A model generated the notes under the pieces. The model did not search any database, had not been told where the DNA came from, and worked only from the letters and a program-made list of their open reading frames with translations. A stretch of DNA of 64,000 nucleotides, taken from assembly GCF_006345805.1 (NCBI RefSeq), contig NW_021832829.1, positions 248,001 to 312,000 of the forward strand, in the 5' to 3' direction. The DNA comes from Octopus sinensis (taxonomy: Eukaryota). Shown here piece after piece: positions 12,801-24,700 of the stretch. Position 1 is the first letter of the stretch. Every line of letters starts with the position of its first letter. The position numbers and the translations under genes were made by a program.

Positions 12801-12888
12801 CGATTCTGATCAAGAAAGTCTTTTTGGAGGCCAAAATTCCAGTAAACAAGAGTTTATGGGACCAAGTGACGATGATTCATTCATATGA
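9851..12888 (+). CDS. ERICH3: ERICH3-like (DUF4590) protein with long low-complexity C-terminus
   Basis: NYDSLFDPNMASYFSSPVVRDNLRKAGFITKKGKII matches the ERICH3 N-terminus. RQQHCGGN and LSGCCEYKYKIGTLIGG...IEKGLPC match DUF4590. The 3' exons are Glu/Ser/Lys-rich and less certain. Confidence 0.7.
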
Positions 12889-13373
12889 AAGATAATTTAA
12901 AATTTAGCATAATGTTATAAATACACTCACTAATAATACTATAGTATGGTAAATATATACACGAATTTTAAGTTATTTAATTAGAATAAGTGGCGATTTT
13001 ATTATAAATAAATAAGTTGGCAACAAATATTTTATATATAAGCAGCGTACAGATATTAAGACTCGAAAAGCAAATTAGAATAGAAATCAAAAAGCAAATC
13101 AACAATGCCATATGCCCTCGACTGTAGAAACTGTCGAAAATGGTTGTTCACTTGACGAGGCTCAACAGGAATTAAGTGTCCTCTTTCGTTCCACTCCGTG
13201 AGATTCGCTTCATATGTGTTCGTAACAAGTGATATTGTCAACGAATGAGTTTGAAAGCACAGTTTTAAAACCTACACTGCCGAAAAAAGCGGCGCTATGG
13301 CTGTTCTAAAAAATCTCAGCAGCGATCATGAGAAAGAGCTGCTTAGCAATCTGGCATAGCAAATTCTCTAGAG

Positions 13374-13440
13374 CAGTAGTTCTCAAACTGTGGTACGGGA
13401 GATTCTAGGAACCCCGAGGTTTCGAATGGTACGCTGCAAG
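13374..13440 (+). mobile_element. Solo hAT (Charlie-like) terminal fragment
   Basis: CAGTAGTTCTCAAAC TIR-like sequence preceded by CTCTAGAG, a Charlie-type target consensus. No matching right end found. Confidence 0.4.
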
Positions 13441-13574
13441 AGTTCATTATTTGCTGGTTTTCACCCAGCTTTAGTGACTCCACGAACTCCGACTACGAAT
13501 TGTGTTAGTCAAATAAATTTATAATTACGGTATTTAAATTCCTAAAAGTGTTCTTCAAAATAGCTAATTAAGTG

Positions 13575-13648
13575 TCAGCAGTGGCTGCACCTCGGATTGC
13601 AAGCTAGTTACCTCGCAAGATTGCGATCGATATCCTCTGGTACAGCCA
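13575..13648 (-). mobile_element. CRE-like non-LTR 3' end remnant
   Basis: Minus strand WLYQRISIAILRGN*LAIRGAAT; DNA similar to about 49936-50010. Confidence 0.75.
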
Positions 13649-13806
13649 ATTTATAATTATTTCTAGATTTGTTACAAACTACGTACGATATCACGATAAT
13701 AAAATATTTAAAAATTAAATTGGTTGTTGAATCTGGTGGTACATATTTTCTACAGTCTATTAATTATTAAATCGTTTAAAAACCCAACACATTTATTGTT
13801 GTTAGA

Positions 13807-15480
13807 TGTCTTTGGCGGACGAAATAGCACTTGACATTGACGAGATAAATGATCTAGTAGCCATTAAAGAAGAAGAGAACACAGATATCGAAGAAATAAA
13901 CGACTTTAACTACAATGAAGGAAATTCTCTAAGAATGTATGCAAAGCTTCGAGACAGCGACCGTCTGTCCAAAATCCAAAAGGATATCAGAAAATTAGAA
14001 TTCAGCTCCGAAAGCAATTTTCTCGGAAGTGAAGAATATGAAATAATAATTGAAGCCAACAACATCGTCTTTGAGATCGAGAATGAAATGGGCTTATAAT
14101 ATTCTTGTTATTTTTAGATATTGTTTTAAAGTTTTTGAGGGAGAAATATCGAAAAAGGTTTCCAGAACTTGAACAGCTGATTCCCTCCACTGTTGAGTAC
14201 ATGAAAACAGTCAAAGTTTTCCACATCTTGTATGCTACATAGATTTTGGGAAATGATGTACAAAAAGCAGTAAATTCTGAGTTGTTTCATGATTTTCTGA
14301 CAAGTCCGACTATAATGATTGTCAGTGTGTCTGCTTCTACCAATCAGGGGTTTTTTTGTATTAAAAAAATATTTTAGCGAATTATTGGACGACGAGACCC
14401 TTTCCGAGGTGTATGATGCTTGCAAAATGGTTATTGCTGTATATTTAGAGTCAAGGGCTTGGAGTTGAATCAGATTCAGGAAGACATATCGAAATTTGTG
14501 GAGTCCAGGATGCAGTTTGTGGCCCCGAATATGTCAAATATAGTTGGGCCGTTGATTGCGGCAAAATTGATGGGTTTTTAAATGTTTTTTGGGGATTTTT
14601 AGGTGTTGCGGGAGGGTTGGATAAGTTGTGTGTCATCCCCTCCTGCAACATTGCTCTTTTGGGGGCAAAAAAGAAGGCATTGACGGGCCTATCTACAAAA
14701 TCTGTGGTTTTGAATACAGGATACGTTTATTCGTGCGATTTAGTCCAGAACGAGCCAATAGTTTGACAAATTCGACACATTTGTAGGACTTTAGGACCAA
14801 GGCGTGCAGAATAATTTGTTCTAAATTGCTCCTGGCCGCACGAGTGGATCATTTTAGAGAGTCGGATGGAGACTATGGCATGTCTCTGCTTAAATCAATC
14901 AAGTACCGGTTGGAAAAAATGCAGGAACCGCCTCAAGTGAAATTGGTGAAACCACTGGCTGCTCCAATTGACGTAAAAAACAAACGACGTGGAGGGCGAA
15001 GGTTTTTTGGTATAAAATTTTTAGAGCACGGAAGACCAAAGAAAGACTTGGAATCACGGAATTGCGAAAGCAGACTCAAAGAGTGTCTTTTGGGGAGATT
15101 GGAACCGACGCGTATGTGGAGGATATTTACAATGTCCCCAACGTCAAGGGGACAACAGGCGGAAGAATCAGAATGGCCGCACCAGATGCAAACACCACCA
15201 ACAGACTTTCGAAGTCAATTCAGGTTTTTTGGCGTAGTTTGATTTCTCAGCAAAAATTGTCTAAGCAGAATCAGATGATGAGTGGGGTTAGCACTTCCGT
15301 GAAACGACAGATTGCTGGAACGGCCTCTAGTTTTTCATTTACTCCCATGCATGTAAACGTTGATTTTTAGTCTTTTAGGGAATTGAAATATTTAACCCTG
15401 ATGCTGCTGAAAAGCCTCAAACGGATAATTTTAAATATTTTGGTGCCGCGAGTACATTCAGTTCGATCAAGAGAACTTGA
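13807..15480 (+). CDS. PRPF31: U4/U6 snRNP protein Prp31
   Basis: KYRKRFPELEQLIP, VESRMQFVAPNMSNIVGPLIAAKLMG, LLAARVDHFRES, KRRGGRR, RKQTQRVSFGEI and SGVSTSV...AGTASSFSFTP. Confidence 0.92.
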
Positions 15481-15922
15481 CTTGTTTTAATTAGAATGTC
15501 GTTTCTTTATACTGTTGACTATTTTTTGGAGTTTATGTAGCTAATTGTGTGTACGAATTAGAGTTTTATAGTCTTTCTAAAAACTTTTTGACAGAATTCT
15601 CTGAACAAAGTAGTTTTGAAAATCTTTTTGTTTCAAATTTTTGAAATAAATGTTTGTAAAGGCATTTAAAATTACATTTTGTTGTGTTGAAGTTTAAATT
15701 TAGAATTCTAGTAAATCTAATCCTAGTTGGCCTGCTGTTTTAGTCGAGGATTTATTACGAAGATGCTTTTTAATTAGAAGCTCTTGAAATATGTTTTATA
15801 TCAAAGAAGAAAATTAATGAAAATGACTTATTTAATGACTATGAAAATAATTAAACCATTTTTGTAATAATCAGAAATTTAATCCTTTTTAAATAAATTT
15901 GTGTTTATATAAACGTTGTTGT

Positions 15923-18318
15923 ATGCCAATCGAAAAGGCAACTAACCGAGTTCCGTCGTGGGAATTTTATACTTCAACACAGTTTCTTACTTCTCTCGAT
16001 AAAGTGCGAGATTGGATTGTGGAAAATTGTTTAAATGTTAAATATTCATAACAAACTGAGTCATAGTACCTTTCGGGGGAGATCCCAACCACAAAATATT
16101 TATCATCACTAATACTAAGTATCTTCACCTTCCAAGCCCAAATAATGGGGGGAAAGGGAAACGAGAGTTCTCCTCTCACGTTCATTCCTGTGTCCTATTT
16201 CCTTGATCATTCTCCAAACGGAAAACTCTGCAGAATATTCGAAACAATTATCAAATTCAAGTCACATGAAGGATGGTCTGAGTGATCTATGATTACGTAA
16301 TAGGAGTCGATTAGACTTTAATTTGGCTTCCCGGAAAGATAGAAATCTCGACATGTTATTGAAAGTGCAGACGAATCTTGTCGTTTTATTTCCAGAAATT
16401 CAACAAAAAATTTGTTTTTCCTCCCTTTTTGACGGTGAGGACGTGTAAACTATAATTTAGAGGACACAATCAGTAAACTAAGTAGCCTGGCCATCAAACA
16501 CGACGCACTGGTTGTGGACGAAGCCGAGGCTACTCATATTATTGTACCCCGAGAGGAAAAGAAAGACGGAAACTTAGTAAGGCCACTAGTGGGGATTGAG
16601 GAGTGGTATTTCGTCCACTTTTATCGTCTTCCCAACTCCTACGATGTTGTGACTAATGAATATAACTTTGGGAATGTGAAATCTCGAGAAATGACCAAAT
16701 GGCGAGTTACAGAGGACTGGTTAATTGATTCACATTTCTACAACGAGTGGATGAGTGAGGAGGACTACATCACGGATGATTCCACAACATTTTACCCTTT
16801 GGACGAATTGGATGAGTTATTCGTCAAGAACGACTGTGCTAGGAAACGAAAGCGTTCTCCGCTCATTCAAGCATGTAAAAGAAGACACGTGAGTGAATGG
16901 GAGGAAGTTGAGGAAGTCAAATGCAGTGCAGTCCCAGGGGGAGAAACGATTACTCTGGAAGAGGCACATAGCGAGTTTCAAGCTGGTCACCAGACAGTTC
17001 AAATCATAATACCCAGTTATTCCGCCTGGTTTAACTATAATTCCGTGAACATTATCGAAAAGAGGGCAATGGCCGAGTTTTTTGACAAATCTCACCAGTC
17101 CAAGACCCCAGAAATGTATCACGGTATATATCACGTGTAGATATTTGGGTTATCGTAATTTCATGGTGGACAGTTATCGGATTAATCCAACTCAGTATTT
17201 GACGTTTACTGCATGTCGGCGAAATTTGGCTGGGGATGCTTGTTCTATTTTGAGATTACATTCTTTCCTCGAACAGTGGGGACTAATCAACTACCAGGTG
17301 GAGTGTAAACCACATGTACTTGGTCCGCCTGCCACAAATTTCTTTACTGTAATCGGGGATGCACCGTCAGCTCTTCAGCCTATTGGTCGTCCTCGAGAGA
17401 TTAAAAGAGAAGCCAGTCCAGTAGAGAATGCTCCTGTCCCACGTGACCTTTCAAGCTCTTCCGGAGGACGAACTTGGACTGATCAAGAGACACTTCTTTT
17501 GTTGGAGGGAATAGAAAAGTACAGAGACGATTGGCATCGTGTGAGTGCCCACGTTGGTTCCCGAACTCACGACGATTGTATTTTACATTTTTTGCGTCTT
17601 CCGGTCGAAGATCCTTTTCTTAATGGGAAGATGGATAATCTCAGTTGATTTTATTTGACTAAAATTTATAGGTCCACATATTCCGCTTCTGTTTTCGTCT
17701 TCGAGTAACCCGTTAATGTCCACTGTTGCTTTTCTTGCATCAGTGGTCGATATGCGAGTCGCAAAGGCTGCCACCGATGCAGCAATAGGTTAATTAATGC
17801 CTTTATTTTAGAGTCCTTCAATTCCCTTGAATCAAAGAGTTCCGTCGGTGAAGAAACTGAGGAAGTTTTGGGCAACAGTGAAATTGAAGTAGCGGCTGCT
17901 TCTGCCATGGCAGCGGCGTCTGTGAAGGCTAAAGTATTTCAGACTGTTTGAGTTTAGCAATTGGGTGCAATGGAGCAGGAGAAAATGAAAAATGTGTTTT
18001 CCCAGTTAGTGAGAGTGCAGTTGAAGAAAGTGGACTTGCTATTGAGGCATTATAATGAATTAGAGTCTATTATGGAGCAAGAGAGAGACTTTGTATTTCC
18101 TTTATTTTATTGGTATAGTTGGATTATCAAATTAAAAAACTACTTCAAGATAGGCAGGCTTTTCATGCTCAAATGGCAATGGAAATTAGAAGTGTTCCAG
18201 TTCAAGGTTATTTTGTAATGATTTACAATGAATAGAGCCGTTGAGTCAGTCTGGCCAAATGAGTTCTGGGATGTCTCGCATGCATGAAGACAGTCAAGAA
18301 GGTGTCTACAGGGGATGA
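15923..18318 (+). CDS. SMARCC2: SWI/SNF core subunit SMARCC1/2 (BAF155/170, SWI3 family)
   Basis: [18 protein letters not shown]; [32 protein letters not shown]...[29 protein letters not shown]; [20 protein letters not shown]...[12 protein letters not shown]; [17 protein letters not shown]; leucine zipper [22 protein letters not shown]1 versus SMARCC2 cannot be distinguished. Confidence 0.9.
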
Positions 18319-18786
18319 TTTAATTGACATTTTTCTGTTAATAAATCGTTTTTTTTCTATATGCGATCCAGCAGTCACGTTACTTTATTTTTGGTCTTTT
18401 CCTGGCCTACCACGACGCCAGATTGTAGGGTTGAGGGCAGGAAGGTATCTGTTAAAATGAATTTTCTCAAGGAAAGATTTTTGAATCAACCTGTAAAAAT
18501 TGAAATTCAGGGGAGTCTTTTTTAGTATTTATAGCATATATATGATAATTATTTTGATTATATCAATTCGGAGGTTTTGTTGAAATTGATTAATGAGCAG
18601 AAATAAAATTTCATTTTTTCAAAATTAATTGATTAATGCCATTTTTTGAAACAAACTCCAAAATTAAAAGTTTACTTAATTATTTGAAATAAACATTCTT
18701 TATGATTAAAATTTTTTATTAAAACATAAATATACCTGGTAAACCTATTTTAAACAACTTGTTACCATGCAACAATTTGTATAATT

Positions 18787-21700
18787 ATGACTTTTTCCGG
18801 AGTAAATATAGAGCCAACATTTGTCAATTTGGAAGGGATAGAACTGAATTCTGAAGAACATTTCAAAATTAGGATTTTAAATGTTTCTGATAAAAGTAAA
18901 CAAGTGAAGTGCTATACACAAAAATTACAAGTATTTTTTCCCTTAGTCTTTTATAACACAGGTTTGTCAAATGGTTACCAAAATTAATGAATTCCGTTTG
19001 GCTCCTGGGATCGATATACTATTTAAACTAAAATTTGTTATTCAAGAAAACAAAGAACACAACGAAATATTTATTTTACAAATCGAGGACAATCTTGTTG
19101 AAGTTCCTATCAGCATGTTAGCAATAAACGTTTCAAACGTAGAATCCCAACTCGTCCTTATTTAACAATTGAACCGTTTTATGATTTTGGTTCCAGAGTA
19201 GCAAAAAAAAGTATTTCACAAAAAGAAATAAATATTGAAAACCTCGGAACCGCCCCTGGAGAATTTAAAATAAAAAGATTTTCTGATTTTCCATTTAATG
19301 TTAACCCAAAACAGGGGGTAATTCAGGCAAAAAGTCACCAGACATTACAGGCACACAAAAACCTTTTTATTTAAACAGTTAGAAATGCTAATACATAAAG
19401 AAGGAGAATACTCTGAAACAATTGAATTGGAATTCGATCAAAGAACTGTTATGGTGGAGTTGAGAGGCCAGGTGATGTTGCGACGGCTTTATTTCGTGGA
19501 AAACGAAAACTCAAAAGAGCCAAAAAATTTTCTCAATTTCGGAAACGTTTATTACGGTTCAAATAAAGTCCAAACTGCATACCTGGCAAATATCTCTCCT
19601 GAAGAAGTTGTATTCGCTCTAATTCTGGGGGACGACATGGGTGATGAAAATGTTTCTCTTTATAATTTATTTCAAGGAAATAAAAACAATAAATGAACAT
19701 AAAGAAGACTTTCTGGCAGACTCCCCAATCTTTGTGACTCCAAGAGAGGGTATGCTGAAACCTTATGAAATAAGAAAAATTGAGTTTTGCTTCAGCCCCA
19801 GGTATTTTATTATAAAATAGTATACAAGGTATCCTCAGTCAAACCGAGGATTTAAATCTACGGAAAAACCATTTCCTGTACAAGAAATGATTTTTTTCGT
19901 CAAAATAAAAATTCCAGGGGAAGACTCTCTCAACAATAATAATAGTTTTTTGATTATTAATTTTTAGCAATAATATCTTTTCTACCACTCATAGGAAATG
20001 CTTTTCCTGTACAAATGAGTGTTTTCCCTCTTAGGGAACACGACTTCGGTGTTTTATCTGTAAAAGAAAAGTCCCGATATACATGCATTCTTACAAATCG
20101 AAATCGCTTTTTACGAATCAAATATCGTTTCAAAAGACTTGCCAGCTTTGTTATTATTCCCAAAGAAGGGATCATTCAACCTCAGGAAGAAGTTTCAGTC
20201 GACGTTGTCTTTGCTCCAAATCAGATTGGTATTTTCGAAATCCAACATTGTAGGTATTTTCTCATCATGTCAGTATTTGGAAGTCCTCGCTTTGGTCGCA
20301 GATGACTATGATCCTTTTAATCTATCAGAAAAAGTTATTGACTCTTTTAAATTCTACTTATGTGGCAAATGTGAATTAAAACCTCCAGCCATCAATCCCA
20401 AATTCAACTCAGGCTTGAGGATTCTTTATTTTCATTTTATAGGCATAACTCCTTTTATTACTAACGAAGTTGGAATAAATTGCAAACTTACTTTCAATGA
20501 AATTAATGATAAAGATCTGAGAAATGGACTAAATTTATTTTCAAAATCTTTAAATTTTAAAACGAAATTGAAGCAAAATTCCAAACAAATCCTAGCCGAA
20601 TCATACGTAGCGTTTCCTAATGATATGGCGAGAAGTATTGCTTCATATCAACAGAATCTAACTTACTTGTATAATATGAATTCGTAATATTTAAAGAACT
20701 CCATTTACCTTAAAACCAAGACATAATTATGTTGATCCAGATTATTCGTACACTAGTGAAGAGATCAAGCAGCGGAAAGATCACGATGAAAAATATATTG
20801 AGATGATTCACCATTTTTCAAAATTGAACAACAATAAAAGGTAAACCTTGTGTATTGTAAATAACTAAAATTAGAGAAGATATAAAACTTAACAAAAAAA
20901 TTGATTCAGACATTGAAAGTATGGAATCACTTAGCCCACCTCGCCTTTCTATCAAAAACATTTTTGAAGACAAATCAGGTAAATCTAAGTCTTCAATTTT
21001 AGAGATTCGATATATTTCGAGAGCATCATTTATGTTATTGAGCGCTAGAAAACTTAATAATATTGAAAATAATCTTAATGTAATTATTTTAAAACTATCA
21101 AATAGATAAATGAAAAAATCAGAATTAATCTACGAAAATGCGAAATTATCGAATGCAGTAGACGGCTTACTGCATATAATTTGTGCTTAATTCAGATTAG
21201 TTAGATTTTAAAAATTAAATTATTTTCAGACCCCATAGTTGTTGATCTTGGGAAAATTTGCGTCAATTCTGATTGCTCAGCTACAATTACAGTTTTTAAC
21301 GGATTAGATTTTTCAATTAAAATGACAACGAAAGTAGCAATGATATTAAAGTAATTGAAAATAGAACGACCATTCAGAAATAACAAATTCTGATTTACTC
21401 ACGGGTATTCTCCCAGCCAAATCCAAAACTTCATTTCCATTACATTTCCATTTTAAAAGTCCTGGGATTTTGATGAAGTGATATCAAATATTAATATTTT
21501 CAGATCAATAGAATACTGTATAAATGACCAATTTAAAGACAATATACTCATTATTGGAGAAATTGTTACTCCCCATTTGGAACTTAGCACAACAACTCTT
21601 ACATTAACTCCAACTGCTGGAATTTACGCATCGGAACGTATCAATATTATTAATATATCATTTTAGCTGTTAGAGGAGTAGTGCAAATTTATAACAAATT

Positions 21701-24700
21701 GAATTTAGCTACAGGTTTTACTTGGGTTCCCATATCGAACTCTAATGAACAAGTCTCGTTTTCAATCCGCCCTGCGATGGGTGACATAATTTTCGTAAAT
21801 AAATTTTAGGTATTGTTCAGGCTAACTCTTCGATTGATTGTGAAGTGGTTTATCATTCTTTTCTTACGAAGAATGAAGCGGAATTCAACCTAAAATATGC
21901 CAAAGAAACTATTGGATTGAAATGTAAAGCAAGGGCAACTACTTTTTTATAATCTGAGCAGATGGGATCTGCTAAAGTTGTCTCTCTCAATAACAAAATC
22001 GAGTTTACATCTCTTCCGCTATATCTGAAAGTCACCAAGCCACTTTATTTGTACAACACTAGTTCTAATCCAGCATTCTTCGACGTGAAAATATTTAGAT
22101 TTGTAATAATAGATTCCTGATCCAAACCCCATTAATGACCTGTCTGTGACTCCAATAAATGGAGTCATTATGCCAAATGAAATGATCGAACTTTCCGTGT
22201 CTGTAATTTCAAGAGAAATATATAAATTTGACTGCAAATTGATAATAGCGGTCCATTCATCTCCAAGCATTGAAGTAAGAATAAGTGGCACTTCATGTCA
22301 AACATTTCTTGAAATTAAACCAGTTGAGAAAATATTTATTTCTATATATAGGAAATGTTAAAATTTGAGGGAGTTTATATTGGATCTGTTTTTTCATTGC
22401 CTTTTACAATTGAAAACAAAGTAGTTTTGCGATTTATAATATCAATTAGTCTCAAAACGAAGCCAAAGTTGAGTTTCATTTGTCAGAATTCATGGATTTT
22501 AGTCTTCGGACTTGTATTCACAACGAAAGACGTTAAATTATATATGTTAATTATTGGATTAGAACTTCGAGAAAACAAAACAGACAATACATACACTATA
22601 TTTAGTCAACCAGAAGAAAAAATGGAACTAGAAGCGGTTTTCAGCCCAACCGAGGTTTGTATATTTCTTAATATTTAGATTGCCGCATACGATTTTGATA
22701 TCCCCATTTCAATAAACGGAGTATTTATAAAAACAGAAAATAAATCATCAAAAAGGTGTTCGATCATATCAAACGATTATTCCCGACATACAAATACACG
22801 ACTAAATATAACATCACTCAAGATTTCTGCTACTGCACTAAGACAGATTCTTGAAATTTCCTCAAAAAATGTCGAATTTGTTATTTCTTCTAAAAACCTT
22901 GATAACAATTCAACATATCCCATGATAAAAGTATATACTACTTTACCAATCTTAAGCCACTACTTTTTAAAAACTGTTCTTCTAAGACAATTGAATATAA
23001 AATTAATATCCAAGAAATTGTTTATGATGGATTCCAGCTAGTCGATCTGTGTTATTCGGACAATTCTATTATTTCCGTAAATGAGAATTTCATTTCTAAC
23101 CAACTTAAACCTTTGGAGAGCAATGAAATATTGGTCCGTTTAAATCACGGTGAACGTTCATAATTTTATCAAAAGGCATTAGAGAACCAATATCCGCCAA
23201 ATTAAATGTCTATATAAATGGGAATTTAGAAGTTTATCAGTCAGTATCTATTGGGGTCGTGTTTGAATTGGAAAATATCACATTTAATCCATGCGAGTTG
23301 ATAATCCCTCCAATTCCACTATCTCTTGAAAAACAGCTTAAAGTTACACTTTTTGCAAAAAATTATAGAAAGTAAAAATAGAGATTACCTAATTTTTAGA
23401 GATTCTTTCATTCGAGTGGAACTCCCGGAATTAGGAAATAAAACAAATCTCAGAGTAGAATTTAAAAATAGAAACGGTTGGTTAAACTAAATTAATTTTT
23501 TTACTTAGAAATAAAGGAAAGTCACTCAAATTCAATCAAAAAAATTAAATGTTTTGTCTTTTTTAAAAGTGAAATTCCGATTTCTATTTGTGAATATGTT
23601 AAATTTATAGACGATATGAATAACTGGTTTGGTTTATTTTTATTTAGTTGATTATTAGTTTTTATTTGAAGGTCATTGCTTCTGCTGATAATTCATTGTT
23701 TTCGTGCTGCACTTTCCTTGGGGAGCATCAAAACGGGTGGTTTGTGGGTGATAAAATTGTAAAATATGATTATTTACAAAATTAGACATTTAAATCTAAC
23801 CAATGGATGAATAATAATTCACAAAAAATGGCAATTTTTGGCCCATTATCTGATACCAACAGCATGGCAACGACAGTTTCTATTCACTCTCTAAATACGT
23901 CGTCAATTAATTCTATAAGAGAACTTACTACCCTCAATAGTGACAAATAATTTGCTAAAGCTCTAGATATTAGTGAAAGTCTCATAGCTGAGAGAAAATA
24001 TTTAGATGACATGGTAACAGACGAAACAATGAAACCTTGCGTTCGTGATTTTATAAGTACGTTTGGATTTGTATTTCCGTGTTTCCGTAAAAATAATTTT
24101 GAATATTATATGTGTGTATTAAATGTTATACAAACTTGGTTTTCCCATTTTTCAAGTCCGAATGGTTATACTTCCTTCAGAATCCCTGAGACTTTGCAAA
24201 AGTTTACATTAACATTTTATAATTCAAGGGCATTTTCTAAGACAAATGACAAAATCAGAATACTTAAATCCTCTAAATTTGGAACTTTTGACCAGCTATC
24301 CATCCTGGAAATTATACAACACATTTGTGGACGAAATATCCCTGGAATCCCCCAAGATTATTCTCTTCCATCAGACCCAAACGAAAGGGTCAATATGATA
24401 TTCTGGATTTATCAAACATTGCTTAACTTTATTAAGTTATTTGATTCGGATATAGTTTGTTAGAAATCAAGGTGGAATAGTCAATTGGCTGCAACCCGAA
24501 TATTTAATGGAAGAATCTGACTTTAAAATGTTTTCGAACAAATTATCAGTTTCTAATAACACATTTTTAAGCAAAAATCAAGCCAATTTACTTTATAAAT
24601 TGGCTTCCGAAGTTTCGGAAGAACTTTTCCATATTTTATTTCACGCCTTGTCAAGATTTGCATGGATGGAATTAATGTTGCAGCTTATAAAGGTTTCTGG

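Noticed and set aside
13056-13241. ORF with RGHLIP, resembling the DRGH motif of non-specific nucleases
   Set aside because: Short, with no other motif support, and lies among TE debris; not enough to call.
13795-13809. AG directly before the PRPF31 ATG as a possible spliced-leader acceptor
   Set aside because: Not shared by most other gene starts in the window, and no SL RNA gene is identifiable.
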